From contig MFEY01000004.1 of assembly GCA_001780035.1 (NCBI GenBank), positions 10,399-74,398 on the forward strand: a stretch of 64,000 nucleotides of DNA. The letters run 5' to 3'. This document shows positions 18,035 to 27,229 of this stretch, piece by piece. The DNA comes from Candidatus Doudnabacteria bacterium RIFCSPHIGHO2_12_FULL_48_16 (GTDB taxonomy: Bacteria; Patescibacteriota; Doudnabacteria; UBA920; O2-02-FULL-48-8). Below the pieces are notes generated by a model. It made no database searches, was not told the origin of the DNA, and saw only the letters and a program-made list of their open reading frames with translations. The position numbers and the translations under genes are program-made. Numbering within the stretch: the stretch's first letter is position 1; each line of letters starts with the position of its first letter.

Positions 18035-18598
18035 TTATTTTTTCTTAATTTTATCAACTGCCAAGACCGGATCGTTCTCGAGGATATTCTTAACAAACCG
18101 GTCATTCATGACCCGACGATAATCAAACTCTTGCGGGGTCAATACGGTAAAGCCAACCTCTTGCTCGGCCAGTTTCGAAGCCAGTTTCAAAAAGTTCTCG
18201 AGCCTGGATGCGCTGATTCTGCCGACGAACAATAGATCGGTTTCCACTCTCGGCTTACCTACAAATACCCCGGTTAAAGCCACCAGCTTGCAGTCCCCGA
18301 CCCGGCCAGCGGCCAGGGCCAATATATCCTTGGGCACATGTTTGGCTTTCCTTAAAAAACCAATCAGTTCCGGATAGAGGGCAAATCTCCTGTTCATCTG
18401 ATAATACCGGATCCGCTTTTTTTCAGACGTCACCAGGAAATTCATCTTGTCCAATTCCCTCAGGGTCGCGCGGAGCAATTTTTGGGGGCAGCGCGAAAGC
18501 AGCCGCAATTCGGTAAACGAAAAGGCACGCTTCGGATGCGCCAAAAGAAGATTAATCAATTGAGTTTTGGGTTTCGACGAGAGCAGTTGCGCAAGCAT
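18035..18598 (-). CDS. Winged-helix DNA-binding domain protein (hypothetical regulator)
   Basis: N-terminal wHTH-like segment. Probable ATG start at MLAQLL preceded by TGCTATAAT. Confidence 0.4.
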   Translation of the reverse strand: MLAQLLSSKPKTQLINLLLAHPKRAFSFTELRLLSRCPQKLLRATLRELDKMNFLVTSEKKRIRYYQMNRRFALYPELIGFLRKAKHVPKDILALAAGRVGDCKLVALTGVFVGKPRVETDLLFVGRISASRLENFLKLASKLAEQEVGFTVLTPQEFDYRRVMNDRFVKNILENDPVLAVDKIKKK

Positions 18599-18699
18599 GG
18601 CCTGATTATAGCACAATCAGCTTATTATTCAATAATTAGGCTTTTGGGCAAATTTGTAAAACGCATTTATATTCGCTAAAATGATAACTACGTTAATAT

Positions 18700-20610
18700 A
18701 TGGCGCGGCTAGAAACACAAATCAACCAAATATACCTAACAGACCCGGCGAACAAAAAGACTTCGCTGATTCTTTACGAAGAGCAAATCTCCCCATCCGC
18801 CCAGCTCTTCATCCTGGCCGAACTTTGGGACATCCGAAAAAAAACAGAAGAAACTGACTTAAAAAAAATTTCAGAAATTATCCTGGAATCGTTCCGGGCC
18901 AACAAGCGCCTAGCCGCCGAGGCGCTGTTTGAATCCTCGCTGGCCCAGATCAACCAAAACCTAGCCGATCTCGCCCACAGCGGCCGCAAGTCCTGGGTCG
19001 GCAAGTTCTCCGCCGTGCTTTGCCTCAAATCCGGTGATAATATTTTCGCGGCCAATGACGGCGCTTGCGCGTGTTTCTTGCATCGCAAAGGTGAACTGGT
19101 TGAAATCCTGCCCGCGGAAAAACGCGGCGACCACCCATTCAAAACATTTATCAACTTCACCCAGGGCCGCTTGGCTCCTTCCGACAACCTGATTATCAAT
19201 ACCTCCAATATTTTTGATTATGTCTCGATCGAACATTTTTCCGAGATATTGAACCGACAAACCCCGGAGCAGGCCTCTGTGGAAATCTCAAAAATTTTAC
19301 AGGATTCATTAAACGAATCCCAGGCCTTCTGCGCCTTTCTCCTCAGTTTCACCAAACCTCAAGCGGCCGGCGCCCCGGCTCAGCCCGAGACAAAGCCGGA
19401 ACCGATTTATGCTCCGTTACCCGAAGATTTGCCCCCGTCAGAGGCCAATGCCAGATTTGGCAAACTGTCTTTTTCCCGGCCCGCCTGGCTCGCAAAGCCA
19501 AAAATTCGGCTGGGCCGGATCGCCGCCTTGCAGAAACTGCAATGGTCATATTTCCAAAACCTGTCCCGCCCCGCTAAATTTTTCTTTATCAGTTTTTCAA
19601 TCTTTCTGATTCTTTTTTTGGCCAACCTGACCAACTACCTGGTCAATCGCCATTACAAAACGGTCCAGATGAGAATTGAAAACCAAATTACCCTGGTTAA
19701 TCAGGATCTGACGGAAGCTCAATCCGCAATTATTTACAAAAACAACGACGAGGCCTTAAACGCCATGAACCGGGCCCAGAAAGATTTTGAAACCTTGCTT
19801 GGCATGGACGAAGTCGCCGCCAAAAAACTCGAGCCCCGGCTGGAAAACGTCAAAACCCAGATCAACAAAATCAGCCGGATCGAAAACGCTCAGGTGATCG
19901 CAACGCTCAAACGCAATCCGGTATCACTCGGCAAAGCCCCGACCGCTTTTCTTTTGGCCGGCGAGGATTCCAATTCCCTGTCGCAGTATAGCGGCAGCGC
20001 GCTGAAAGAATATTTCCTGCTCAACAGCCTCAAAAACAATGTCACCGGAATTGCTTTCATGCCGGGCGTCGGAGTGGTTGTAAGCAGCGGCAATCTCGTA
20101 TCCAAAATCAACCAGGACATGCAGCAATTTGAAACGATTGTCAGCGTTGATCAGGGGCAATTATCGGCTATCCGGGCCGGTGCGGGCGGATTGTATGTGC
20201 TTGACCTGGCCGGCCGGCAAGTGCTTCGGTTGACGCTGAATAAAACCAAAATCCAATCAACAAAAGCTGCTTCGATCGAAAACGGCGATATCCGCGACAT
20301 TGGCGCGGATAAGGATTTATACATACTATCAGCCGACCGTTTAACAAAGATCTCCGGCGGGGCCAGCACCAATATCCCCTTGCCCAATCTCACCGACGGC
20401 ATTTCCAACGCCAATAAACTGTTTGTCGGCGCCAACCTTTACATTCTCGAAGCCAACAAAAAAAGAGTGGTCGTTATTAGCAAAACCGGATCACTCTTAA
20501 ATCAAATTTATTTCCCCAATGCCCGGGATTTGCGCGATCTGTATATTGACGAAGCGGCGAGAAGCATGTATTTGCTCGACGGCGACAAACTGGAAAAAAT
20601 CACTTTTTAG
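18700..20610 (+). CDS. Hypothetical 636-aa membrane protein
   Basis: Central TM (FFFISFSIFLILFL); no recognised domain. Confidence 0.45.
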   Translation: MARLETQINQIYLTDPANKKTSLILYEEQISPSAQLFILAELWDIRKKTEETDLKKISEIILESFRANKRLAAEALFESSLAQINQNLADLAHSGRKSWVGKFSAVLCLKSGDNIFAANDGACACFLHRKGELVEILPAEKRGDHPFKTFINFTQGRLAPSDNLIINTSNIFDYVSIEHFSEILNRQTPEQASVEISKILQDSLNESQAFCAFLLSFTKPQAAGAPAQPETKPEPIYAPLPEDLPPSEANARFGKLSFSRPAWLAKPKIRLGRIAALQKLQWSYFQNLSRPAKFFFISFSIFLILFLANLTNYLVNRHYKTVQMRIENQITLVNQDLTEAQSAIIYKNNDEALNAMNRAQKDFETLLGMDEVAAKKLEPRLENVKTQINKISRIENAQVIATLKRNPVSLGKAPTAFLLAGEDSNSLSQYSGSALKEYFLLNSLKNNVTGIAFMPGVGVVVSSGNLVSKINQDMQQFETIVSVDQGQLSAIRAGAGGLYVLDLAGRQVLRLTLNKTKIQSTKAASIENGDIRDIGADKDLYILSADRLTKISGGASTNIPLPNLTDGISNANKLFVGANLYILEANKKRVVVISKTGSLLNQIYFPNARDLRDLYIDEAARSMYLLDGDKLEKITF

Positions 20611-23530
20611 GTTCCGTAAGCTGCCCAATATTAAACGGGAAGTTGACTAGGTCCGGGTTAATCACCCGCAAGAGCAGATACGAACCGAATAATAAAACCA
20701 TTCCGATGACCGCACCCCAAATATATTCCTTGCCCTTGGTCGCTTGTTCGGCGTTGCCCGCTGAGGTCATGACATAATAGCCACCCAAAATGGTCATCAG
20801 CACGGCCAATAACGATGCAATCCCCAACGACCAGACATAAATTTGATTAATTAATTTCTGTAGAGTCTTGGAATCCACAGAGCTGCTCGCTGCCTGAGAC
20901 TGCGGCGGCGGCGCCAGGGCCAGGAACGGCGCATTAACACTCTGAAAACTGGTCCCGACCACGCTCGTGTAATTTCTGCTAGCCAGAGTTAAGGCTCCGT
21001 TCGGCGTTATCGCGCTAGTGATATTAAAGCTGCCCAAGGCCGCAGCTAATGCGGCTTTGATCGCAAAGAGTTTATTGAGCCAGTTAATGCCTGTGGTATC
21101 GGAAACGGAAATTGCCAATTCGGAATTGTAAACAAAACCGGTATCGGCTATCTCCGTTATCCAAGCATTGCCGTCCCAATCCCCGCTGGCCACAAAGAAT
21201 GAGCCTGTCCATGGGTTGTAATCCACGGTATTGCTGGCAAATCCCTCGGAAACGGGATTGATCCCCAGCGTAATCACCGGATACTCGTCTGAAGCCCTCC
21301 CGTCATCATAGACGGTTCGCCCCCAGGTCCCGGCCACGGCCTCGTCCCGGTCCCGTTCCATCCAGATGATCATGGCTGCGCCGCTCTTTGGCGAATACGC
21401 GATGTGAGCGCCGGAAAATCTATTGCGGCCGGGATAAGTTTTGGTCAATTGTACCGGTTCCCCGACCCTCTGCAGCGTCTGGGCGTTGATCCGGACCAGC
21501 ATAATCCGATCATCCTCATTTGCCGTATCGTTGCCCGACACGACAGCGGCAAAAGCAACCCAATATTCGTTGAGTTTGCTGTTGAAAGCAATGCCGGCTT
21601 GGCCCTGATACGGGTAGGAGTCAATGACCATGATCTGATCCGAGACAGTCCCTTGCTCACTCACTGTCTTTAAACCCAAGAACGCTCCGGATGGCTCGTA
21701 AAGCACCAGAAATTTTTTGCTGGCTGAATCATACGCCAGGCCGTTCAAAAAAGCGGCCCCTTGATTGATCGCAAAATCTGAACCCTGAACGGTGCCATCG
21801 GCTGAGACAAACCGGCCATATTGGCTGCGGCAGCGGTTGCCGCAGGGCCGGGTATCTTCCCAGACGACCAAAAACTTTTCGAAATCCGGACTATAAGCCA
21901 CTTTGGGCGTACCAGCCCCACCCGAGCTGTCAATCCGGAAAGCCGAGCCTTTGGGCGCCATGGTCTTGGGATCCGCCAGAAAACCGACAATCTGGCGATC
22001 GGCATCAGCCACAAATTTGCCGGCTGCAATCAGCACAGAATCAGTCTTCGCGCCGTAGGCCGCGCCGATTCCTCCCTGGCCATCGGCAGGAAAAACCACC
22101 GGCTTTGAGGGATCTGTCCCCGGCTCATGTCCCCGAGTTTGCGGCTTGTTCAGATCATTGGCGTTGCACATCAAAAGCATTGTGGGATCTTCGGGTAATG
22201 GGTCGCAAACGATGCCGTTCGGGATTTGTTCTTCCGTAACGGTGACGGACAAAGGTTTGCCGTTGGAAGTCAGGCCCGCAGAAAAAATCCGAACCGTGTA
22301 ATTGTCAGCCGGCAAGTCTGCCGGAATGACAATGGTCGTCCGCGTGCCATTGGCGCTAACCTGCCCGCCATAGGAATCAATCCGACCATCGCTGGCATAA
22401 AATTCCACGGTTGCCGACAAATTGCTACCCCTGATGACCAGAGATTGGCCAGCCGTGGCCCGCGACAAATTCAGCGAATCAATGTGGGGAGCTCTGGGAA
22501 TCGGCGATTCCGAACAATCAGCACCGCAAAGATCAACCCGCGGAGCGGCATCGGAGACAGTCGTTACGATCAGCTGGCCGCGGGCATCGCTGGCAGCGAT
22601 GACAAACTTGTCCCCGGCGTGAACCACGCTAAAGGAGGCGGCGTGGGCATTAACAACGATAACGCTGCGCTCACCCCACGGCCGAAGCATCATAAACTCA
22701 TCGGTGTCATTCCAAGCCTCGGTCGCCAGCCAAATCCGGCCGTTGACGCTCAGGAGCTGCGGAATACTTTCATTCATTCCCCGAACCGCAGACAGATCAA
22801 CGTCTTTGCCGGAAGGATCGATTCCATGCACCGGCCCGTATCCGCCGTAAGCAATATAGCCGTTCAAAACATCAGCGCCAAAATATGGTGTCTGAGGCGT
22901 ATAAACCTTATTAAGTCCGCTGCCTCTGTAAACACAAATCGCATCGTTGTCGTTGCTGCAGGCGTGAACCAACAAATCCCCGCCAAGGGCCATGGCCCCG
23001 CCGGGTCGGGTTTGATCTAAAATTCTATTGTCTTTCACAATTTGGGTCACCGCCTTATAAGAAGCCCAGTGCCCATCCTTGGCCACAAAGTTATTGCCCA
23101 AAACCAGTTGCGGGTTATCCGCCGTTTTTTTGGGAACCCACTCGCCGACCTTGACTTCATAACGGTAAAATCCCGGCTGGCCATCCTCAATTTCGCAAAC
23201 AAAGGTCAGGGTGTCCGGTTGAATCCACTGGCCGGCAATACAGCGGTGCGCTCGATTGGCAATGTCAGCCGGATCGCGGAAGTCCCAATTCTGGCCGGTC
23301 TGTAAATCGGTAACCCAACTCTCGCCCCAGTTGCCATAGGTGATAAAGCGCCCGTTGGGCGAAAGGTCCGGCCACCAGCCGTTGATGGTCTGAGGCGGCG
23401 ACCAGCTGCTCAGGTTCGGAGCCCGCTCGGGGCTGGCGGCCAGCAGCGGCGAATCCGTTTGAGGCAAACCCAAAGCCAGGACCAAAATGGCGGCCAAACC
23501 CAGATTGATAAATTTTTTAGCGGTAATCAT
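20600..23530 (-). CDS. Large secreted surface protein (976 aa) with C-terminal double-TM anchor; beta-propeller/Ig-like content suspected
   Basis: Signal peptide MITAKKFINLGLAAILVLALG; C-terminus GGYYVMTSAGNAE...IWGAVIGMVLLFGSYLLL. Last gene of the tight operon. Confidence 0.6.
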   Translation of the reverse strand: MITAKKFINLGLAAILVLALGLPQTDSPLLAASPERAPNLSSWSPPQTINGWWPDLSPNGRFITYGNWGESWVTDLQTGQNWDFRDPADIANRAHRCIAGQWIQPDTLTFVCEIEDGQPGFYRYEVKVGEWVPKKTADNPQLVLGNNFVAKDGHWASYKAVTQIVKDNRILDQTRPGGAMALGGDLLVHACSNDNDAICVYRGSGLNKVYTPQTPYFGADVLNGYIAYGGYGPVHGIDPSGKDVDLSAVRGMNESIPQLLSVNGRIWLATEAWNDTDEFMMLRPWGERSVIVVNAHAASFSVVHAGDKFVIAASDARGQLIVTTVSDAAPRVDLCGADCSESPIPRAPHIDSLNLSRATAGQSLVIRGSNLSATVEFYASDGRIDSYGGQVSANGTRTTIVIPADLPADNYTVRIFSAGLTSNGKPLSVTVTEEQIPNGIVCDPLPEDPTMLLMCNANDLNKPQTRGHEPGTDPSKPVVFPADGQGGIGAAYGAKTDSVLIAAGKFVADADRQIVGFLADPKTMAPKGSAFRIDSSGGAGTPKVAYSPDFEKFLVVWEDTRPCGNRCRSQYGRFVSADGTVQGSDFAINQGAAFLNGLAYDSASKKFLVLYEPSGAFLGLKTVSEQGTVSDQIMVIDSYPYQGQAGIAFNSKLNEYWVAFAAVVSGNDTANEDDRIMLVRINAQTLQRVGEPVQLTKTYPGRNRFSGAHIAYSPKSGAAMIIWMERDRDEAVAGTWGRTVYDDGRASDEYPVITLGINPVSEGFASNTVDYNPWTGSFFVASGDWDGNAWITEIADTGFVYNSELAISVSDTTGINWLNKLFAIKAALAAALGSFNITSAITPNGALTLASRNYTSVVGTSFQSVNAPFLALAPPPQSQAASSSVDSKTLQKLINQIYVWSLGIASLLAVLMTILGGYYVMTSAGNAEQATKGKEYIWGAVIGMVLLFGSYLLLRVINPDLVNFPFNIGQLTEPKK

Positions 23531-24092
23531 ATTTGCATGGTCCCAGATACTTATTCACTTCGCTGTTATAAATGGCAATGCAATAGAGCTGTCCGGTCAG
23601 GTTGTCGCGCATCGTGACCCACGGCAAATCGCCATTGACCGGTTCAACCAGGGCGCCGGCCACAGCGCCGGAGTTGGCGGCGACCGGGACGATGTTATAA
23701 ATCGGCGGTTCGCTCATAAATTCGATACCCGATGGAATTGCGGCCAAGATCTGACCAGAGTCGGCAAGGTGGCTCAACGAAAAAGCCAGTTCGTGATAAA
23801 AATTGCGCCCGATGACGGCCAGGTCGCGGTCGCCCACTCCGTGTTCGAGCAGCGCCAAGCTGGCATTGCCCGCCTGCCCATAAAATTCATTAATGGAGTC
23901 AAAAACCAAGATCAAATTATCAAAATAAGGCCCGTCCCCCATGGTCTGCTGCCAGGCCACGGACAATCGGCCGGTCATTTCGTCCTGCAGGGCAGCCAGT
24001 TCGGTTCGGTTGGTTGGTTGCAGCACGAAAAGGGCCGTCAGTAAGATAAATCCGGCCAGACCGTAGAATAATTTTTCGGCTGCTTGCGTCAT
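23517..24092 (-). CDS. Small N-terminally anchored membrane protein, paralog 3 of 3
   Basis: N-terminal TM; shares the NEFYGQAG-type motif with the two upstream genes. Confidence 0.5.
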   Translation of the reverse strand: MTQAAEKLFYGLAGFILLTALFVLQPTNRTELAALQDEMTGRLSVAWQQTMGDGPYFDNLILVFDSINEFYGQAGNASLALLEHGVGDRDLAVIGRNFYHELAFSLSHLADSGQILAAIPSGIEFMSEPPIYNIVPVAANSGAVAGALVEPVNGDLPWVTMRDNLTGQLYCIAIYNSEVNKYLGPCKYDYR

Positions 24093-24115
24093 CAGACTCA
24101 GTTTTGATTTAAATT

Positions 24116-24571
24116 TTAATATTCCATTTCTATGCTAATCCCCGCCACGCTCCCTTGCCCGATGGTTGCCGACAAATCCAACAGTGAGGCCATTTGGATA
24201 CTCGACTGGCTGTAAAATTCTGTCACGCCGGACACGACCTGGGCCAGATCGTTGTCCGATCCGCTCAGATCAAATAACGGCATGGCCGCGTCGGTCGCCT
24301 GCTTGTAGAAATCGTTCACTCCCTCGACCACGCCGATCATCGGCGCGAACACGGTCGAAAGTTGAACTTGGGTCTGTTTTAAATTTTCGGTGAAGTCGAA
24401 AATCGTCAGCGCCTCCTGCCAGTCAGCTTTCGTCGTTAAGCCAAACAGGGCTCCTTCCAAAACCAAGAGGCCGGTCATAGCCAACGCCAGATAATAAACC
24501 TGGTAATGTTTGGATTTGAAAATTTTTCGGATTGTATTGGACTTTGCTTTTGCTTTTGTTTTAGTTTTCAT
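24116..24571 (-). CDS. Small N-terminally anchored membrane protein, paralog 2 of 3
   Basis: Basic N-terminus plus TM; NDFYKQAT motif. Confidence 0.5.
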   Translation of the reverse strand: MKTKTKAKAKSNTIRKIFKSKHYQVYYLALAMTGLLVLEGALFGLTTKADWQEALTIFDFTENLKQTQVQLSTVFAPMIGVVEGVNDFYKQATDAAMPLFDLSGSDNDLAQVVSGVTEFYSQSSIQMASLLDLSATIGQGSVAGISIEMEY

Positions 24572-24572
24572 T

Positions 24573-25097
24573 TTAGTGATTGATATTGATTAAAAATTTC
24601 TCCGCTTGCCGCCAATCGACCTTGGGCGGCTGGTAAAATAAATGTTCTGGCTCTGGCGCAACCGGCGCCGCTCTTTCAATTGCGACTCCGGCAACCTGCC
24701 CACCGCTCGATACCGGGGCGGGTTGATTGGCCAAATAATAATCGAACGTCACCTGATCGGAGTAATAAAGAAAGTCCGAATACAGAAATGCTGTCTGCCG
24801 GCTTAAGTTTTCAAAATATTCAATGTGACCGGCCGGCATAACTGCGACCTCGCCAAATGCCTTATAGAATTCCTGAAAAAATTGGTGCGGCATCGCCCAT
24901 ACCACTTGAAAATCCCCGGCGGAATGCGCCACCTGTTGATGCAGATCAAACATGTTTAAAGCGGAAACGAAATTGTCTTGCTGCTTCGGGTTTAAATTCA
25001 TAAACAGAATTGCTCCGATCAGCAGAATGCCCAGCGCAATGAAAATCACCAGACCGGCCTCAAACCAATTTAAATTTTTATAATCGGTTGAGTGCAT
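24573..25097 (-). CDS. Small N-terminally anchored membrane protein, paralog 1 of 3
   Basis: N-terminal TM; QEFYKAFG motif. Confidence 0.5.
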   Translation of the reverse strand: MHSTDYKNLNWFEAGLVIFIALGILLIGAILFMNLNPKQQDNFVSALNMFDLHQQVAHSAGDFQVVWAMPHQFFQEFYKAFGEVAVMPAGHIEYFENLSRQTAFLYSDFLYYSDQVTFDYYLANQPAPVSSGGQVAGVAIERAAPVAPEPEHLFYQPPKVDWRQAEKFLININH

Positions 25098-25099
25098 GC

Positions 25100-25333
25100 T
25101 TATGGTAAAAAATTTAAATACCGCCCCAACTGAGTCAGGCGCGATTGCGACTCTAAGTGCTGTTTTTTCAGATACTCAAACAAGTCTTCGCGGGTGACCA
25201 GCCAGTCGCGGCCAATCTTGCGGGCTTTAAGCTTGCCTTTGCGCGCCAAGAGATTTAGATAATCAGCGCTATATGGAGAGTATTCGGCCGCGGCTTTTAA
25301 AGACAAGAGTTCTTTTGTGTCTGTTTTATTCAT
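25100..25333 (-). CDS. Excisionase-family (HTH_17-like) DNA-binding protein
   Basis: LLSLKAAAEYSPYSADYLNLLARKGKLKARKIGRDWLVTREDL matches the HTH_17 pattern. Start at MNKTD. Confidence 0.6.
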   Translation of the reverse strand: MNKTDTKELLSLKAAAEYSPYSADYLNLLARKGKLKARKIGRDWLVTREDLFEYLKKQHLESQSRLTQLGRYLNFLP

Positions 25334-25334
25334 T

Positions 25335-25483
25335 TTATTTTGGCAAATTCCCACGCCACCGAAATTTAAGTATTGTATAAAGACGGCGGGGTCCGCCAGA
25401 GGCGGGAAAATAATCCGCGCTGTATGGAGACAGCTCGGCCGCTTCTTTCAAACTTAAAAGATCCACCCCAACCCTTTGATTCA
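25335..25483 (-). pseudogene. Decayed tandem copy of the HTH gene 5' end
   Basis: Reads MNQRVGVDLLSLKEAAELSPYSADYFPAS...; LLSLKEAAELSPYSADY matches LLSLKAAAEYSPYSADY, then the sequence diverges. Confidence 0.5.
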
Positions 25484-25589
25484 TTTTTGTTTTTGTTTCC
25501 GCTGTTTTTGGGCTAAACCCAGAATTTTACCTGCCCGCCTATTTTGGGCTTGGTGACAGGGTCGGCTAACCCATACTATATCTGTAATA

Positions 25590-25598
25590 ATTATAGCA
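25590..25598 (-). promoter_or_regulatory. Extended -10 TGCTATAAT on the minus strand
   Basis: One of at least six copies of this motif in the window. Confidence 0.45.
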
Positions 25599-25599
25599 T

Positions 25600-25630
25600 A
25601 AAAACAGCCTCTTGTCCAGAGGCTGTTTTT
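25600..25630. terminator. Bidirectional terminator AAAAACAGCCTCTtgtccAGAGGCTGTTTTT downstream of rplL
   Basis: Perfect hairpin with A/T runs. Confidence 0.7.
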
Positions 25631-25706
25631 AAATTGATCTAATTAGTCTAATCGATCTGATTTCTAAACGACAACTTAGGTCAATTAAAAATTAGTAATT
25701 AGAAAT

Positions 25707-26078
25707 TTACTTCAGCGTTACCTTGGCGCCAGCTTCTTCCAGCTTCTTCTTTAATTCTTCCGCTTCGGCCTTGGCAATGTTTTCTTTGATTGCTTTAGGC
25801 GCTGCGTCGACCAAGTCCTTGGCTTCTTTCAGGCCCTTGCCGGTCGCTTCGCGCACAACCTTGATGACGTTGATCTTGTTGGCGCCGCTATCGGTAAGCT
25901 CAACTGTAAATTCGGTCTTCTCTTCTCCGACGCTCGGCGCAGCCGAGGTCGGAGCTCCGACTGCAAACGTCGGAGCGGCACTAACGCCGAACTTTTCTTC
26001 CAGGGTTTTCACCAATTCGGAAAGTTCCAGCGCGGTCAGCTTTTCAATCTCAGAAACGATGTTATCAAAATTTGCCAT
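25707..26078 (-). CDS. rplL: Ribosomal protein L7/L12
   Basis: [32 protein letters not shown]. Confidence 0.9.
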   Translation of the reverse strand: MANFDNIVSEIEKLTALELSELVKTLEEKFGVSAAPTFAVGAPTSAAPSVGEEKTEFTVELTDSGANKINVIKVVREATGKGLKEAKDLVDAAPKAIKENIAKAEAEELKKKLEEAGAKVTLK

Positions 26079-26125
26079 ATTATTTAAATTAATCAATTAA
26101 TTCTTTAATTGCTAAGAATCGACCT

Positions 26126-26647
26126 TTAGCCTTTCTTATCCTTAATTGCGTTAAGCACGTTCAACAGATTTCTGGTATTGCCGGAAAGCACGGTGACCAA
26201 TCCCCTGGCAGGTCCCTGCAGGACCGACAGCAGCTGAGCGATCAATTGCGGTTTGGTTGGCAGCGTTGCTAAACGCATCACGACATCAGAGCCGATCATT
26301 TCATTGTTAAAAATTCCGCCGCCTAAAATCAGCAGTGGCTGATCTTTGGTCATGCCCTTCAAAATTCGGGCCGGGGCGGTTTCTTCCTCGTTCGATACGG
26401 CCATGGCCACCGGACCATTGTATTTGAACTTGTCGGCGTTGATGCCGATTGCCGCCAGGGCTTTCTTAAGCAGAGTGACTTTCACAACCTGATACTTCAC
26501 ATTTTCTTTGCGCAAATTCTTGCGAACCTGATCCAACTGTTTGACGGAAAGGCCGCGGTATTCGGTAAACACCACGCCCTTGGCGCCCTTAAGATCTTCG
26601 GTCAGCGAAGCGAGTGCGGCTTCCTTTTCTTTTCTTGTTACTGCCAT
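26126..26647 (-). CDS. rplJ: Ribosomal protein L10
   Basis: L10 family sequence, upstream of rplL. Confidence 0.9.
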   Translation of the reverse strand: MAVTRKEKEAALASLTEDLKGAKGVVFTEYRGLSVKQLDQVRKNLRKENVKYQVVKVTLLKKALAAIGINADKFKYNGPVAMAVSNEEETAPARILKGMTKDQPLLILGGGIFNNEMIGSDVVMRLATLPTKPQLIAQLLSVLQGPARGLVTVLSGNTRNLLNVLNAIKDKKG

Positions 26648-26925
26648 ATAGATTTAGGATTAAGGATTTAAGATTAAAGTGTAGAACCTAAATCCTACAA
26701 CCTTAATCCGTATTAATAAAAAACCCGCTATCCAAAGACGGGGTTCATGTCATCCTGAACTTGTTTCAGGATCTCTTCCTACCCGGCGGATTAAGGCCTA
26801 GCGGCCAGCAGGGGTCTTTGGCTATTGAATTCCTCAATATTTTATACTGTTTTCCGGCATCCGTCAAGAGATAAAAAACCGAGCCGAGATGTCTCCTAAA
26901 GAGAGGGACATCTCGGCGCATACAT
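26648..26925 (-). promoter_or_regulatory. rplJ leader. Contains an upstream terminator hairpin (26893-26925), a candidate promoter (-35 TTGACG, -10 TAAAAT) and a leader attenuator hairpin CCCGTCtttggataGCGGG plus U-run
   Basis: Read on the minus strand. Confidence 0.45.
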
Positions 26926-27172
26926 CGGCTGAATCTGACGCTTAGGGGGCTGGCGAGTCCCCAAAACGAGCCCTTTCCAGCGTAGCCCGCGGAACGGTCA
27001 AGATCCAGTCGCGGTTGCACGTGCCATCGCCGCCTTTATACACTTCGTGCCCACCCTTAGCGGAGTAGATACGGACGGTGGCGTCGTTCTCGCCCTTCCA
27101 GGCCTTGATCCTGACGACGGTCTTGGCCGGCAATGTGCACGACTGGCCAACTGTGACCCATATCTTATATGA

Positions 27173-27198
27173 AAAACCCGCGCTGTTCAAACGCGGGT
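27173..27198. terminator. Hairpin AACCCGCGctgttcaaaCGCGGGTT downstream of mltG
   Basis: Perfect 8-bp stem with T-run. Confidence 0.55.
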
Positions 27199-27229
27199 TT
27201 TCTATTTACTACTTGCTGGTTACTATTTA

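Noticed and set aside
21404-23305. ORFs on the strand opposite the 976-aa gene (22226-23020 and others)
   Set aside because: Antisense to a long, well-supported CDS; the translations are low complexity.
23517-25097. Type IV (pseudo)pilin identity for the three small membrane proteins
   Set aside because: No class III signal motif (G then F/M xxxE) at the N-termini. Kept only as an architectural analogy.
26942-27190. 82-aa ORF in the GC-rich patch between rplJ and mltG
   Set aside because: It has only a TTG start, located inside the loop of the mltG terminator hairpin, and no ATG. It could be a real acquired small gene, but evidence is insufficient.
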